A DNA stretch of 61,157 bases from Methylotenera sp. (lineage in GTDB: Bacteria; Pseudomonadota; Gammaproteobacteria; Burkholderiales; Methylophilaceae). Shown here piece by piece: positions 22,158 to 34,102 of the stretch. The stretch spans positions 1-61,157 of the forward strand of contig JALRGX010000095.1 in assembly GCA_023259635.1 (NCBI GenBank), given 5' to 3'. The translations under genes and the position numbers were made by a program. Within the stretch, counting starts at the first letter, position 1. The number at the start of each line of letters is the position of its first letter. Under the pieces are notes generated by a model that did not search any database, had not been told where the DNA came from, and saw only the letters and a list, made by a program, of their open reading frames with translations.

Positions 22158-23611
22158 TATGCTAGACCTTCTGGCATGCGTGTATGCCAATCTGTTACTT
22201 GTTGATATTGGTGCGCCACATTAAGCATGCGTGCTTCATCAAAATAATTACCGATAATTTGCAGACCTACCGGCAAGCTATTACTGAATCCGGCAGGGAT
22301 ACTCATGCCGGGCAAGCCTGCCAAGTTAACGGCGATGGTGTATAAATCCTCTAAATACATCGCAACCGGGTCATCTACTTTTTCGCCAGCCTTAAATGCT
22401 GTTGACGGTGCAGCCGGGCCCATGATCACATCACAATGCTTGAAAGCCTCTTCAAAATCCTGTGCAATCAGGCGACGAATCTGCTGTGCTTTCAAATAAT
22501 AGGCATCATAATAACCCGCGCTCAATACATAAGTACCAATCAGGATACGGCGTTTAACTTCTTCGCCAAAACCCTCAGCACGGGTTTTGCAGTACATATC
22601 CATCAGATCGGTATATTCAGGGGTACGGTAACCGTAACGTACGCCATCATAACGTGACAGATTGCTGGAGGCTTCAGCCGGTGCCAATACGTAGTACACC
22701 GGGATAGACAGGCCGGTATTTGGCAATGAAATATCTACAATCTCCGCGCCCAGTTTTTTGTATTCAGTAACCGCATCCATGACCACTTTAGCGACATTGG
22801 CATCCAGGCCTTCAGCAAAATACTCTTTAGGCAAGCCGATTCTTAACCCTTGCAGCGGTTTATTCAGATCGCGGGTGTAATCTTCTTTTTCACGGTTAAG
22901 GCTGGTGGAGTCACGCTCATCAAACCCAGCCATCACATTCATCATGAGCGCACAATCTTCAGCCGATTTAGCCATCGGGCCAGCTTGGTCCAGGCTGGAT
23001 GCAAAGGCGATCATGCCATAGCGCGACACTACGCCGTAGGTTGGTTTTAAACCGGTAAAGCCGCACAAAGATGCAGGCTGACGAATCGAACCACCGGTAT
23101 CAGTGCCGGTCGCAGCTGCACATAAACGTGCAGCAACCGCTGCCGCGCTACCACCACTGCTACCGCCTGGCACACGAGTGAAATCCCATGGATTTTTCAC
23201 GCCGCCAAAATAACTGGTCTCGTTGGATGAACCCATCGCGAATTCATCCATATTGGTTTTACCCAGATTCACCGCACCAGCTGCATCAAACCGGGAGATG
23301 ACATGCGCATCATACGGTGCAACAAAATTCTCCAGCATTTTAGAGCTGCAGGTAGTCTTCCAGCCGTTGGCACAGAAAATATCTTTCTGCGCAATCGGAA
23401 TACCGGTCAGCGGCTCAGCATTACCGGCAGCAATTCGGGCATCGGCCGCCTTCGCCTGCGCCAGCGTTTTATCCTGATCCAATGCGATATAAGCGTTAAT
23501 TTCCGGATTGAATGCATCAATGCGATTTAGAAAAGCCTGCGCCAGCTCAACGCTGGAAATTTCTTTTTTAGCCAGCATCTGGCTTAGTGTTTTTAAGCTA
23601 CTGTTAATCAT
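22157..23611 (-). CDS. gatA: Asp/Glu-tRNA amidotransferase subunit A
   Basis: Amidase signature [19 protein letters not shown]. Confidence 0.97.
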   Translation of the reverse strand: MINSSLKTLSQMLAKKEISSVELAQAFLNRIDAFNPEINAYIALDQDKTLAQAKAADARIAAGNAEPLTGIPIAQKDIFCANGWKTTCSSKMLENFVAPYDAHVISRFDAAGAVNLGKTNMDEFAMGSSNETSYFGGVKNPWDFTRVPGGSSGGSAAAVAARLCAAATGTDTGGSIRQPASLCGFTGLKPTYGVVSRYGMIAFASSLDQAGPMAKSAEDCALMMNVMAGFDERDSTSLNREKEDYTRDLNKPLQGLRIGLPKEYFAEGLDANVAKVVMDAVTEYKKLGAEIVDISLPNTGLSIPVYYVLAPAEASSNLSRYDGVRYGYRTPEYTDLMDMYCKTRAEGFGEEVKRRILIGTYVLSAGYYDAYYLKAQQIRRLIAQDFEEAFKHCDVIMGPAAPSTAFKAGEKVDDPVAMYLEDLYTIAVNLAGLPGMSIPAGFSNSLPVGLQIIGNYFDEARMLNVAHQYQQVTDWHTRMPEGLA

Positions 23612-23617
23612 GTACGG

Positions 23618-23932
23618 TTACTCAATTACTTTAGGAACAAGATAAAGACCGCCATCAACGGCGCGCTCTGTCGAACCATTACCGAGAACCGGTGCAATTC
23701 CCTGAAACGCTTCACGCTGGTTGGTTTTAGTTACCACATCGTCACGCAGGCGCTGCACTAGATCCTGCGAGTGTGACATCGGAACAATACCTTCGGTATT
23801 TACGGCTTGCATCTGTTCGATTAAACCTAAAATTCCAGTAAGTTTGGTAAGTGTTGCCGCGGCTTCATCCTCGCTGATTTCAATGCGCGCAAGGTGCGCT
23901 ATTTTTTTTACATCTTCAATACTGAGTGCCAT
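23618..23932 (-). CDS. gatC: Asp/Glu-tRNA amidotransferase subunit C
   Basis: [21 protein letters not shown]; gatCAB order. Confidence 0.93.
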   Translation of the reverse strand: MALSIEDVKKIAHLARIEISEDEAAATLTKLTGILGLIEQMQAVNTEGIVPMSHSQDLVQRLRDDVVTKTNQREAFQGIAPVLGNGSTERAVDGGLYLVPKVIE

Positions 23933-24117
23933 GCTTCAATCATCCGAAAGATAGTAAGAGCAATTTGATTATGTCAAAACCAAATTATTCAATTTAAATA
24001 AATTTTGTTAAAAACCTTTACGGATAAACTTAAGTAAAAATTCACCTTAATTTTTCCAATGCATCTTAATTTTCAACAGGATATGCGGTATTATAACTTA
24101 TTTCAGCTGAGCCTTAA

Positions 24118-25224
<1,107 letters not shown>

Positions 25225-25254
25225 TTCAAGTAATCTTTATATTATTTGATTATC

Positions 25255-25288
25255 AAACTTTAGGCCGTACGCATACGGCCTAAAGTTT
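25255..25288 (+). terminator. Strong hairpin between mreB and mreC
   Basis: aaactttaggccgta-cgca-tacggcctaaagttt, a perfect 15-bp stem. Confidence 0.65.
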
Positions 25289-25328
25289 ATACACCAACAG
25301 AAAAAATGAGATTTTATAAATTCGCTAA

Positions 25329-26369
25329 ATGATGCGCGGAATTCATCAAAATTTTGAGCAACAACCAGCCCCGGCTTTCTTTGTCCGTGGCCCCAGCCCC
25401 TTTGCCCGCCTGGCATTTTTCACGACGCTGTCATTAGCCCTGATGGCCACCGACTCACGCCTGCAATATCTGGCAAATATTCGTCAGAATCTGATGACTC
25501 TGTTACATCCCTTGCAAATTATCGCTAATACACCTTCAGAGCTCTACCGGGCTACTGATGAATATTTCTCGACCCACCATTACCTACTGGCAGAAAATGC
25601 TCGCTTAAAGAAACAGGCGCTAACTCAGGACATTGCTTTGCAGCGCCTGGACCGCCTCAATATTGAAAATGCCAATTTACGCAATATGCTGGATGCTAAA
25701 CAGTCGCTGACTGAGATTAGCACTCTGGCTGAAATCCTGTATGTCGGGCGTGACACTTTTACAAAAAAGATCATCGTTAACCGTGGCAGGAATCACAATG
25801 TTGTCATAGGTGCCGCTGCAGTTGATGCAAAGGGAGTCATCGGCCAGATCACCCGCACCTACCCATCCAGCAGTGAAATTACACTGATTACAGACAAATC
25901 ACTTGCTATTCCCGTGCAGGTTGAACGTAACGGTTTGCGCGCAATTGCATTTGGCCGGGGCCGCGATAACACACTTGATTTACCCTATTTACCAGCCAAC
26001 GTTGACATTAAGCAGGGTGACAAGCTGATTACCTCTGGAATTGACGGTGTCTATCCGGCTGGGCTGGCCGTAGCCACGGTTACTGAAATGAAAACCACAC
26101 AAGACTCCCCATTTGCACACATTGTTTGCACCCCGGCCGGAGGTGTTGAAAATAACAGGCAAGTCCTGCTCGTGAGCATGCCTAAAGTCGAGCCAGAAAA
26201 AGCGGCAAACACTCACAGTGCCAAACCTGTCATGGCTAAGACGGCTGCAGACACCAACTCTAACACAGAGCCTGTTCCAAATACCAAACTTACCAATCCG
26301 GTATCCGCCGAAAAACCTGCGCAGAAACCTTTAGCTAATATTGAGAATCGCTCACATGCGCAACAATAA
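25329..26369 (+). CDS. mreC: Rod shape-determining protein MreC
   Basis: Transmembrane anchor, ENANLRNML, GVIGQI, TSGIDGVYPAG. Confidence 0.95.
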   Translation: MMRGIHQNFEQQPAPAFFVRGPSPFARLAFFTTLSLALMATDSRLQYLANIRQNLMTLLHPLQIIANTPSELYRATDEYFSTHHYLLAENARLKKQALTQDIALQRLDRLNIENANLRNMLDAKQSLTEISTLAEILYVGRDTFTKKIIVNRGRNHNVVIGAAAVDAKGVIGQITRTYPSSSEITLITDKSLAIPVQVERNGLRAIAFGRGRDNTLDLPYLPANVDIKQGDKLITSGIDGVYPAGLAVATVTEMKTTQDSPFAHIVCTPAGGVENNRQVLLVSMPKVEPEKAANTHSAKPVMAKTAADTNSNTEPVPNTKLTNPVSAEKPAQKPLANIENRSHAQQ

Positions 26370-26835
26370 GCTCAGATCAATTTACCTATCCCTTTTCTTG
26401 GCATTTATCTGCATGCTGATTCCATGGTCAGGCGCTGCACTATCGCTGCGTCCGGACTTTATGCTGTTAGTGATTTTATTCTGGCTATTGCGTGCGCCCA
26501 ATCAATGCAGCGTTGGCACTGCATGGTTCATGGGTTTATGGGTAGATCTGGCGACCGGCGGCACCTTTGGTCAATACGCACTCGCCTATACCATTACAAC
26601 TTTTTTTGCGGTCATTTACCAACGCCGACTGGTTCTGTTTAGCAGCACCCAGCAGCTGGTTTATGTTTTTTCATTACTTTTCCTGTCGCAACTCATATTA
26701 CTCATACTCAAGGCATTTGCCGGTAAAGAGTTTTTAGGCTGGTCTTATTTCTTGCCAAGTGTCACTGGCGTTCTGTTATGGCAACTCGCAGTAAGCCTCG
26801 GCCTAAATACCGGCAGGCATGCTCACGGCAACTGA
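26356..26835 (+). CDS. mreD: Rod shape-determining protein MreD
   Basis: RPDF..L..LFW, hydrophobic; mre operon position. Confidence 0.92.
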   Translation: MRNNKLRSIYLSLFLAFICMLIPWSGAALSLRPDFMLLVILFWLLRAPNQCSVGTAWFMGLWVDLATGGTFGQYALAYTITTFFAVIYQRRLVLFSSTQQLVYVFSLLFLSQLILLILKAFAGKEFLGWSYFLPSVTGVLLWQLAVSLGLNTGRHAHGN

Positions 26836-28765
26836 TCATAACATGGGGGCAGAATTAAAAAATCACCTGCATGAACAGCATTATTTCAGGCTCCGGCTGG
26901 GTGTTGCTGCATTTGTTGTATTGAGCCTGTTTGCAGTATTGGCTTTCAGATTCTCTTATCTGCAGCTTAAGCAGTACAACCACTATCAAACACTTGCCGA
27001 AAACAACCGCATCTCACTGGTTCCTATTGTTCCGAACCGGGGTTTGATTCTGGATAAAAATGGTACCGTGCTCGCACATAACTTTTTTGCCTATACCCTT
27101 GAGATTACTCCATCAAAAATTAATGATGTGGAAGCCACCATTGCCGAAATAAGCAAGCTGGTTGAAGTCAGCTCACTTGACCGCAAACGTTTTAAAAAGC
27201 TTCGCGACCAAAGCCACAATTTTGAGAGCGTTCCCATACGCACCCATCTTAATGAAATCGAAGCAGCCAGGTTTGCGGTCAATCACTATCGCTTTCCCGG
27301 GGTGGAAATCAAATCTCGCTTATTCAGACATTACCCCTTAGGTAAACTTGGTTCGCATATGGTTGGCTACATTGGCCGCATCAACGACAAAGACATCAAA
27401 AACCTGGAAGAATCCGGTGACCTTTCCAACTACAAAGGCTCCGACCATATCGGCAAAAGCGGCCTGGAACAGTTTTATGAAAAATACCTGCATGGCACTA
27501 CCGGTTTCCAGCAGGTTGAAATCGATGCTGATGGACATGCGGTTCGCGTATTATCAAGCAACGCGCCAATTCCAGGCAATAACATTATTTTATCTGCTGA
27601 CAGCAAACTGCAGGAGATTGCAGAAACGGCATTTGGCGACCGTCGCGGAGCCATGGTTGCGATTAACCCAAAAACCGGTGAAGTATTAAGTTATGTCAGC
27701 CAGCCGACTTTTGACCCTAACCTGTTCGTAGATGGCATTGATAGCGAAAGCTGGAAAGCACTTAATGAATCGCTGGATAAACCCTTAATCAACCGGCCAC
27801 TACGCGGCATATACCCGCCAGGATCCACCTTCAAACCATTCGTTGCACTTGCCGGACTTGAAGCAGGTAAACGCGAGCCGCCATACTCCATTAATGATCC
27901 CGGCTTTTACACCTTGCCCGGCAGCAGTCATCGCTACCGCGACTGGAAACCGGGCGGACATGGTACTGTTGACATACAAAAAGCAATCACGATATCTTGT
28001 GACACGTTTTTTTATGGCCTGGCAATGGAATTGGGAATAGACAACCTGACTTCATTTGTGCGCCATTTTGGTTTTGGCAGAAAGTCAGATTTTGATATCA
28101 AAGGTGAAATTGAAGGTCTACTGCCAACACCTGAGTGGAAAAACCGACGCTTCAAGCAACCCTGGTACCCAGGTGAAACCGTCATTGTCGGCATCGGGCA
28201 AGGTTATACTTTAGTAACCCCTCTACAATTAGCGCAAGCTACTGCGATACTGGCCAACAACGGCGTTGCCATGAGGCCGCACCTGGTCAGCCATATCCAG
28301 AATGCACAATCCGGGAAAAACACAGCCATAACACCTATTATTCAGGATAAGCTTACGCTCAACCCGAACCACATAGAAATAGTTAAACGCGGCATGGTCG
28401 ATGTCACCATGCCCGGCGGCACAGCCGCAAGCGTAGGCGCTAATGCCGGTTATACGATAGCGGCCAAAACCGGTACTGCGCAGGTAATCGGCATTAAGCA
28501 AAATGAAAAATACAATGAGCATGCTATTGACGAACGCCACCGTGACCATGCGCTATTCATTGCCTTTGCCCCTGCGGAAGACCCTAAAATTGCACTGGCA
28601 GTCATTGTCGAGAATGGCGGTCATGGCGGCTCTGCCGCAGGCCCAATCGCCAGGAAAGTCATGGATTACTATTTACTGGGCAAACAGCCTGCACCCGATG
28701 CCGCCAAAGAAAATAAAATATTAAACCCGGCAACACCTATACCCGAAGAAGAGCTACATGATTAG
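26819..28765 (+). CDS. mrdA: Penicillin-binding protein 2 (start probably at 26843)
   Basis: STFK (SxxK), SCD (SxD), KTG motifs. Confidence 0.96.
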   Translation: MLTATDHNMGAELKNHLHEQHYFRLRLGVAAFVVLSLFAVLAFRFSYLQLKQYNHYQTLAENNRISLVPIVPNRGLILDKNGTVLAHNFFAYTLEITPSKINDVEATIAEISKLVEVSSLDRKRFKKLRDQSHNFESVPIRTHLNEIEAARFAVNHYRFPGVEIKSRLFRHYPLGKLGSHMVGYIGRINDKDIKNLEESGDLSNYKGSDHIGKSGLEQFYEKYLHGTTGFQQVEIDADGHAVRVLSSNAPIPGNNIILSADSKLQEIAETAFGDRRGAMVAINPKTGEVLSYVSQPTFDPNLFVDGIDSESWKALNESLDKPLINRPLRGIYPPGSTFKPFVALAGLEAGKREPPYSINDPGFYTLPGSSHRYRDWKPGGHGTVDIQKAITISCDTFFYGLAMELGIDNLTSFVRHFGFGRKSDFDIKGEIEGLLPTPEWKNRRFKQPWYPGETVIVGIGQGYTLVTPLQLAQATAILANNGVAMRPHLVSHIQNAQSGKNTAITPIIQDKLTLNPNHIEIVKRGMVDVTMPGGTAASVGANAGYTIAAKTGTAQVIGIKQNEKYNEHAIDERHRDHALFIAFAPAEDPKIALAVIVENGGHGGSAAGPIARKVMDYYLLGKQPAPDAAKENKILNPATPIPEEELHD

Positions 28766-29852
28766 CAAACTATTCCAAAACTTATTCAAGCATATTGATG
28801 CCTTCTTAATGGCATGCCTGTTTTTTGCCTTATTAACCAGCCTATTCGTGCTGTATAGCGCATCAGGACAAAGTCTTGACCGTGTATCTGCACAAGCAAT
28901 TAACATGGTAGTGGCATTAACTGTGCTATGGGTAGCTGCCAATATCCCGCCGCAGAAACTGGAGCGTGTAGCACTGGCGCTATATGTACTTGGAGTTTTG
29001 CTGCTCATTGCCGTCGCATTATTTGGTTCCATTAGCCACGGGGCGCGACGCTGGTTGAACATTGGTTTTACGCAAATACAACCCTCGGAACTGATGAGAA
29101 TCGCCATGCCAATGATGCTGGCATGGTACTTTGCCACACGCGATGGCAAACCGGGCACAGCCAACTTTATCGTTGCTGGTTTGTTACTGGCTGTACCCGT
29201 TGCCCTTATCATGAAACAGCCTGATTTAGGCACGTCCCTGCTTATCGCATCATCCGGATTTTATGTGCTGTTTCTAGCCGGATTGAGCTGGAAATTTTTA
29301 GCGGGAGCCGCAGTCTCCCTACTAGGCCTCATGCCTGTTTTCTGGTCCATGCTACATGACTACCAGCGCAAACGCATTGAAATTCTATTCGACCCGACAC
29401 AAGACCCGTTAGGCGCCGGCTATCACACGATCCAAGCCATCATTGCCATCGGCTCCGGCGGCGCAACCGGTAAGGGATGGCTGAACGGCACCCAGACACA
29501 GCTGGATTTTCTACCGGAACGTACTACCGATTTTATTTTTGCAGTATTCAGTGAAGAGTTCGGTTTTTTAGGCAACATGCTGTTACTTAGCCTTTTCACT
29601 CTCATCATCCTGCGCGGCCTGATGATCGCTTCCCAGGCAAAAAGCACTTTCTCCAGGCTACTGGCCGGCAGCATCACGCTCAACTTCTTTTCTTATGCTT
29701 TTGTCAACATGGGTATGGTAAGCGGCATTCTGCCTGTGGTAGGTGTACCATTACCCCTAATCAGTTACGGGGGCACTTCAATGGTGACACTGTGCCTGGG
29801 TTTTGGTATTTTAATGAGCATACATACACACAAGAATCTAGTTGCAAACTAA
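28758..29852 (+). CDS. rodA: SEDS peptidoglycan polymerase RodA
   Basis: GARRW, QPSE, QPDLGT, PERTTDFIF, PLISYGG. Confidence 0.96.
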   Translation: MISKLFQNLFKHIDAFLMACLFFALLTSLFVLYSASGQSLDRVSAQAINMVVALTVLWVAANIPPQKLERVALALYVLGVLLLIAVALFGSISHGARRWLNIGFTQIQPSELMRIAMPMMLAWYFATRDGKPGTANFIVAGLLLAVPVALIMKQPDLGTSLLIASSGFYVLFLAGLSWKFLAGAAVSLLGLMPVFWSMLHDYQRKRIEILFDPTQDPLGAGYHTIQAIIAIGSGGATGKGWLNGTQTQLDFLPERTTDFIFAVFSEEFGFLGNMLLLSLFTLIILRGLMIASQAKSTFSRLLAGSITLNFFSYAFVNMGMVSGILPVVGVPLPLISYGGTSMVTLCLGFGILMSIHTHKNLVAN

Positions 29853-29976
29853 CTGGCACTTCTATAAATACTTTCTTTGGGTACATTACAGGTTACAACA
29901 CCCCAGACTCTGCATTTCCAGAAGCGTCATAACCTGTATCAAAGATGTATAGATACATTGAAATAGAGGTAATTGA

Positions 29977-30918
29977 ATGTTTAACTTTCAACGATTTATT
30001 GTCATTCTGTGCATTGCCATGGTTACAGCATGTGGCGGTCATTCATCGGTAAAACCGGACACTGCTTCCACAGCAAAACCAGCTGGCAGCAAAGGCGGTG
30101 GTTATTATCTGGATGATGGTCCAGGCGATAATGCTCCAGCAGACATTGATAGCATTCCCGATGCACAACTTAAGACTGAAACGCCTTTGTCACGTCCGAA
30201 TCAGCCATACATGGCACTCGGCAAGAAATATGTTCCAATGACCAGTTATGCACCCTATGCCCAGCAAGGCATAGCTTCCTGGTATGGCAAACGCTATCAC
30301 GGCAAAAAAACTTCCAGCGGGGAAATTTATGATATGTATGGCATGAGCGGTGCACATACCACATTACCGATACCCAGCTATGTCCGGGTAACCAATCCTG
30401 CTAACAAGCGCTCAGTCATAGTCCGCATCAACGACAGGGGGCCATTCAAGAATGATCGCCTGATTGATTTATCCTATGCGGCCGCCTATAAATTACGTTT
30501 AATTTCACAGGGTAGCGGCCTGGTGCAAGTCGAATGGATTGATACCAGCCCTGAAGCACTGCAAAAAATGAATACTACCCAAGTGGCTACGTCAGCCAGT
30601 ACGGCAGAATCGATACCTGTAACTTATAAAGAGACACCTCCAGCTACAACCACGCCAACGCCAAAAGATAATATAGAAACCCCTGCAACAAGTTACTATG
30701 TTCAGGTGGGGGCATTTAAAAATGAAGCAAATGGTAACCAATTACAGAATAAAATTCTGGGGCTGGATCTTGCCGGAGATGCAGCTGTCACTAACGTGTA
30801 TAATAATGGCATTTACCGCGTAAAGCTCGGCCCTTTCGCTACCAAAAAGGAAGCCAATGCCTCTGCCGACAAAGTTCGCAAGCAATTAAACTTATCAGCA
30901 ATCGTTACCAATCAGTAA
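29977..30918 (+). CDS. rlpA: Septal lytic transglycosylase lipoprotein RlpA
   Basis: Lipobox VTAC, ASWYG, INDRGPF, C-terminal SPOR domain (YVQVGAF). Confidence 0.95.
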   Translation: MFNFQRFIVILCIAMVTACGGHSSVKPDTASTAKPAGSKGGGYYLDDGPGDNAPADIDSIPDAQLKTETPLSRPNQPYMALGKKYVPMTSYAPYAQQGIASWYGKRYHGKKTSSGEIYDMYGMSGAHTTLPIPSYVRVTNPANKRSVIVRINDRGPFKNDRLIDLSYAAAYKLRLISQGSGLVQVEWIDTSPEALQKMNTTQVATSASTAESIPVTYKETPPATTTPTPKDNIETPATSYYVQVGAFKNEANGNQLQNKILGLDLAGDAAVTNVYNNGIYRVKLGPFATKKEANASADKVRKQLNLSAIVTNQ

Positions 30919-30934
30919 TCATTAGTAAAGTCAC

Positions 30935-32107
30935 ATGATCAAACATTCATTATTAACGCGTAGTCTCCGTATTGTTTCTGCAACCGCTTTATGCGTAGCC
31001 TTAAGTCTTAGCCAGCTGGCGCATGCTGACAGTGAACAAATTGCCCCTCCACCCAGCCTGGCTGTAAAAGCTTACTTGCTTAAAGACTTCAATAGCGGCA
31101 GAGTGATTGCCTCCCAGAATGCCAACACGCGTATTGAACCAGCATCACTGACTAAAATCATGACTGCCTACATGAGCTTCAAAGCACTGAAAAATGGCCA
31201 TCTGCAGCTCACACAAACATTACCTGTGAGTGAAACTGCCTGGAAAGCTGAAGGCTCTAAAATGTTTATCGAGCCAAACAAACCCGTTACCGTTGATGAA
31301 CTATTGCATGGCATGATTATTCAATCAGGTAACGACGCTTCAATTGCACTCGCAGAAGGCATTGCAAGTTCAGAGGAACTGTTTGCAAGCATGATGAACA
31401 AGGAAGCGCAACGCCTGGGCATGAAAAACACGCATTATGTAAATGCCACCGGCCTGCCGGATCCGCAGCACTATACTACGGCAGAAGACTTGTCGATTCT
31501 GGCTACAGCGTTAATCCGTGACTTTCCGGACGATTACAAGCGTTTGTATTCTGTTAAGGAATACACCTATAACAATATCAAGCAGCCAAACCGTAACCGC
31601 CTGCTATGGCTGGACCCAAATGTAGATGGCATGAAAACCGGCCATACCGAATCTGCCGGCTACTGCCTGATTGCTTCTGCCCAGCGTAATAACATACGCC
31701 GTATTTCTGTAGTACTGGGCGCACCTTCGGATGCAGCACGCGCAACCGAAAGCCAGAAACTGCTCAATTACGGTTTCCAGTTTTTTGATTCCACACAGAT
31801 ATACAAACAAGGGCAAAACATCAATCAACTCAAAGTATGGAAAGGCAGAGAAAATACAGTCACATCAACTGTAGCTAACGATTTATACTTGACCCTGCCT
31901 AAGGGAGAGTACGCCAACGTTAAAGCATTAATTTCAAGCACACAGCCATTAATCGCTCCTATTAAAAAAGGGCAAGTAATCGGTACTGTTAAATTCCTGC
32001 TGAATGACAAGGTTGTTGAGCAGCGCCCTATCATTGCTGCAGAAGCAGTCAGCGCTGCCGGCATTCTAGGCCGCGCCTGGGACTCGATAAAATTACTGCT
32101 GCAATAA
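30935..32107 (+). CDS. dacA: D-alanyl-D-alanine carboxypeptidase (PBP5/6)
   Basis: SLTK, SGN, KTG motifs. Confidence 0.9.
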   Translation: MIKHSLLTRSLRIVSATALCVALSLSQLAHADSEQIAPPPSLAVKAYLLKDFNSGRVIASQNANTRIEPASLTKIMTAYMSFKALKNGHLQLTQTLPVSETAWKAEGSKMFIEPNKPVTVDELLHGMIIQSGNDASIALAEGIASSEELFASMMNKEAQRLGMKNTHYVNATGLPDPQHYTTAEDLSILATALIRDFPDDYKRLYSVKEYTYNNIKQPNRNRLLWLDPNVDGMKTGHTESAGYCLIASAQRNNIRRISVVLGAPSDAARATESQKLLNYGFQFFDSTQIYKQGQNINQLKVWKGRENTVTSTVANDLYLTLPKGEYANVKALISSTQPLIAPIKKGQVIGTVKFLLNDKVVEQRPIIAAEAVSAAGILGRAWDSIKLLLQ

Positions 32108-32114
32108 ACAGGTA

Positions 32115-32402
32115 ATGGCCATGCGTGAAATAGAACCCCACACCGCACCACCTTTAATCGAGTTCCCATGCAACTTTGCAATTAAGGTGGTGGGAGAAAC
32201 ACAAGATACGTTTTCAGCAACCATCGTTGACCTGATTCAAACACTGGTGCCTGCATTTACTGCTGAGCATGTGGAAATGCGTGCCAGTTCTGCTGGGAAA
32301 TACATCAGCCTGACCTGCAATGTCTATGTGACATCTCAAAACCAGCTTGATGATGTTTACCGCTTGTTAAGTGCGCACCCTCTGGTGAAATTTACACTCT
32401 AA
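32115..32402 (+). CDS. ybeD: YbeD/DUF493 family protein
   Basis: LIEFPC.F.IKV, SSAGKYIS; dacA-ybeD-lipB synteny. Confidence 0.9.
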   Translation: MAMREIEPHTAPPLIEFPCNFAIKVVGETQDTFSATIVDLIQTLVPAFTAEHVEMRASSAGKYISLTCNVYVTSQNQLDDVYRLLSAHPLVKFTL

Positions 32403-32411
32403 TCAATAGCA

Positions 32412-33083
32412 ATGCAGCAGCCCCTGGTCATCCGGCGTTTAGGCCTTACTGAATTCGAAAGCACATGTCAGGCAATGCAGCGTTTCAATACAGAGCGCAC
32501 GCCTGATATGCTAGATGAGCTATGGCTTACTGAACACCCGCCGGTATATTCATTGGGCCTCAATCGGCGCCAGGTCAGGTTGCCACAGCGCGATGATATC
32601 CCGACCGTATTTACAGACCGCGGCGGCAAAATCACTTATCACGGCCCGGGACAAATTGTCATTTATATACTGGCAGACCTGGAACGCCGCCGCTTAAATA
32701 TACGCAGCTTGGTAAGCCTGCTGGAAAACACAGTCATCGAATTACTGGCAGATTACGGCGTAATTGCCGTGTCCAGAAAAGATGCCCCCGGCGTTTATGT
32801 GCAGCTTGATAATTCCCAGGAGGCTAAAATTGCATCACTAGGATTACGTGTAAAAAACAATTGCTGTTATCACGGCCTGAGTCTCAACGTCGATATGGAC
32901 CTAAGCCCATTTGAGGCAATCGACCCTTGCGGCTACGCCGGATTAAAGGTGGTACAGACCAAGGACTTAGGTATTGATGCGGACATGCAGGCAATCAGTG
33001 AACACCTGCTGCAAAAGCTCAGTGCCAATTTTGAACAGCTACAAAACTCAGCTATGACTGATGAGATGGAAAAGCATGACTGA
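32412..33083 (+). CDS. lipB: Octanoyltransferase
   Basis: [24 protein letters not shown]. Confidence 0.96.
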   Translation: MQQPLVIRRLGLTEFESTCQAMQRFNTERTPDMLDELWLTEHPPVYSLGLNRRQVRLPQRDDIPTVFTDRGGKITYHGPGQIVIYILADLERRRLNIRSLVSLLENTVIELLADYGVIAVSRKDAPGVYVQLDNSQEAKIASLGLRVKNNCCYHGLSLNVDMDLSPFEAIDPCGYAGLKVVQTKDLGIDADMQAISEHLLQKLSANFEQLQNSAMTDEMEKHD

Positions 33084-34041
33084 TACATCCGACAATAAAA
33101 CACCCATGAAAAAAATTGCCGGCGTTAAGGAAATCGACGCGGCAAAAACCTCGCGCATCCCGATTAAGATCATTCCACAACCAGCGCAACGCAAGCCGGA
33201 ATGGATACGCATGAAAGCACCGGATTCAGCACGCTACCAGGAAATCAAGCGTGTACTGCGTGATAACAAACTGCATACCGTATGCGAGGAAGCCAGCTGC
33301 CCCAATATCGGTGAATGCTTTAGCGGCGGCACGGCAACATTCATGATTCTCGGTGATATCTGTACACGCCGCTGCCCATTCTGCGATGTAGCGCATGGCA
33401 AACCATTGCCGCCGGATGTAGATGAACCGGAAAATCTGGCACGCACCATTGCCCAGATGAAACTCAAATATGTCGTTATCACCAGTGTAGACCGCGATGA
33501 CCTGCTGGATGGGGGCGCACAGCACTTTGTAGATTGCATCAAGGCAGTACGCGCACAATCGCCCGATATCAAGATCGAGATTCTAGTGCCTGATTTCCGC
33601 GGCCGCCTCGATGTTGCAATGAAAATCCTGAGTGAAGCACCGCCGGATGTCATGAACCACAACCTGGAGACCATCCCCAGATTATATAAACAGGCCAGAC
33701 CAGGTTCTGACTACCATAACTCGCTGGCATTGCTAAAGAAATTTGGTGAACTGTATCCGCATATCCCCACCAAGTCTGGCCTGATGTTAGGCCTGGGCGA
33801 AACTGACGAAGAAATTCTGGAAGTCATGCACGACTTGCGCGCACACAACGTAAGCATGCTAACCCTTGGCCAATACCTACAGCCCAGCGTGCACCATTTG
33901 CCGGTAATGCGCTACGTGGAGCCACATGTATTTGAAACACTAAAACAAAAAGCTGAAGCAATGGGCTTTAATAATACCGCCAGTGGCCCCATGGTAAGAA
34001 GCAGCTACCATGCTGACCTGCAGGCACAGCATGCAGTTTGA
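33076..34041 (+). CDS. lipA: Lipoyl synthase
   Basis: [24 protein letters not shown]. Confidence 0.97.
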   Translation: MTDTSDNKTPMKKIAGVKEIDAAKTSRIPIKIIPQPAQRKPEWIRMKAPDSARYQEIKRVLRDNKLHTVCEEASCPNIGECFSGGTATFMILGDICTRRCPFCDVAHGKPLPPDVDEPENLARTIAQMKLKYVVITSVDRDDLLDGGAQHFVDCIKAVRAQSPDIKIEILVPDFRGRLDVAMKILSEAPPDVMNHNLETIPRLYKQARPGSDYHNSLALLKKFGELYPHIPTKSGLMLGLGETDEEILEVMHDLRAHNVSMLTLGQYLQPSVHHLPVMRYVEPHVFETLKQKAEAMGFNNTASGPMVRSSYHADLQAQHAV

Positions 34042-34102
34042 TTAAACCCCACACACCTGTAATATGACTGGGTAAACGCGATACTTTTTTAAAAGGGTAC
34101 TT

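Noticed and set aside
29887-29938. tacaggtta...taacctgta inverted repeat between rodA and rlpA
   Set aside because: It lacks the core shared by E1-E4 and no function can be assigned
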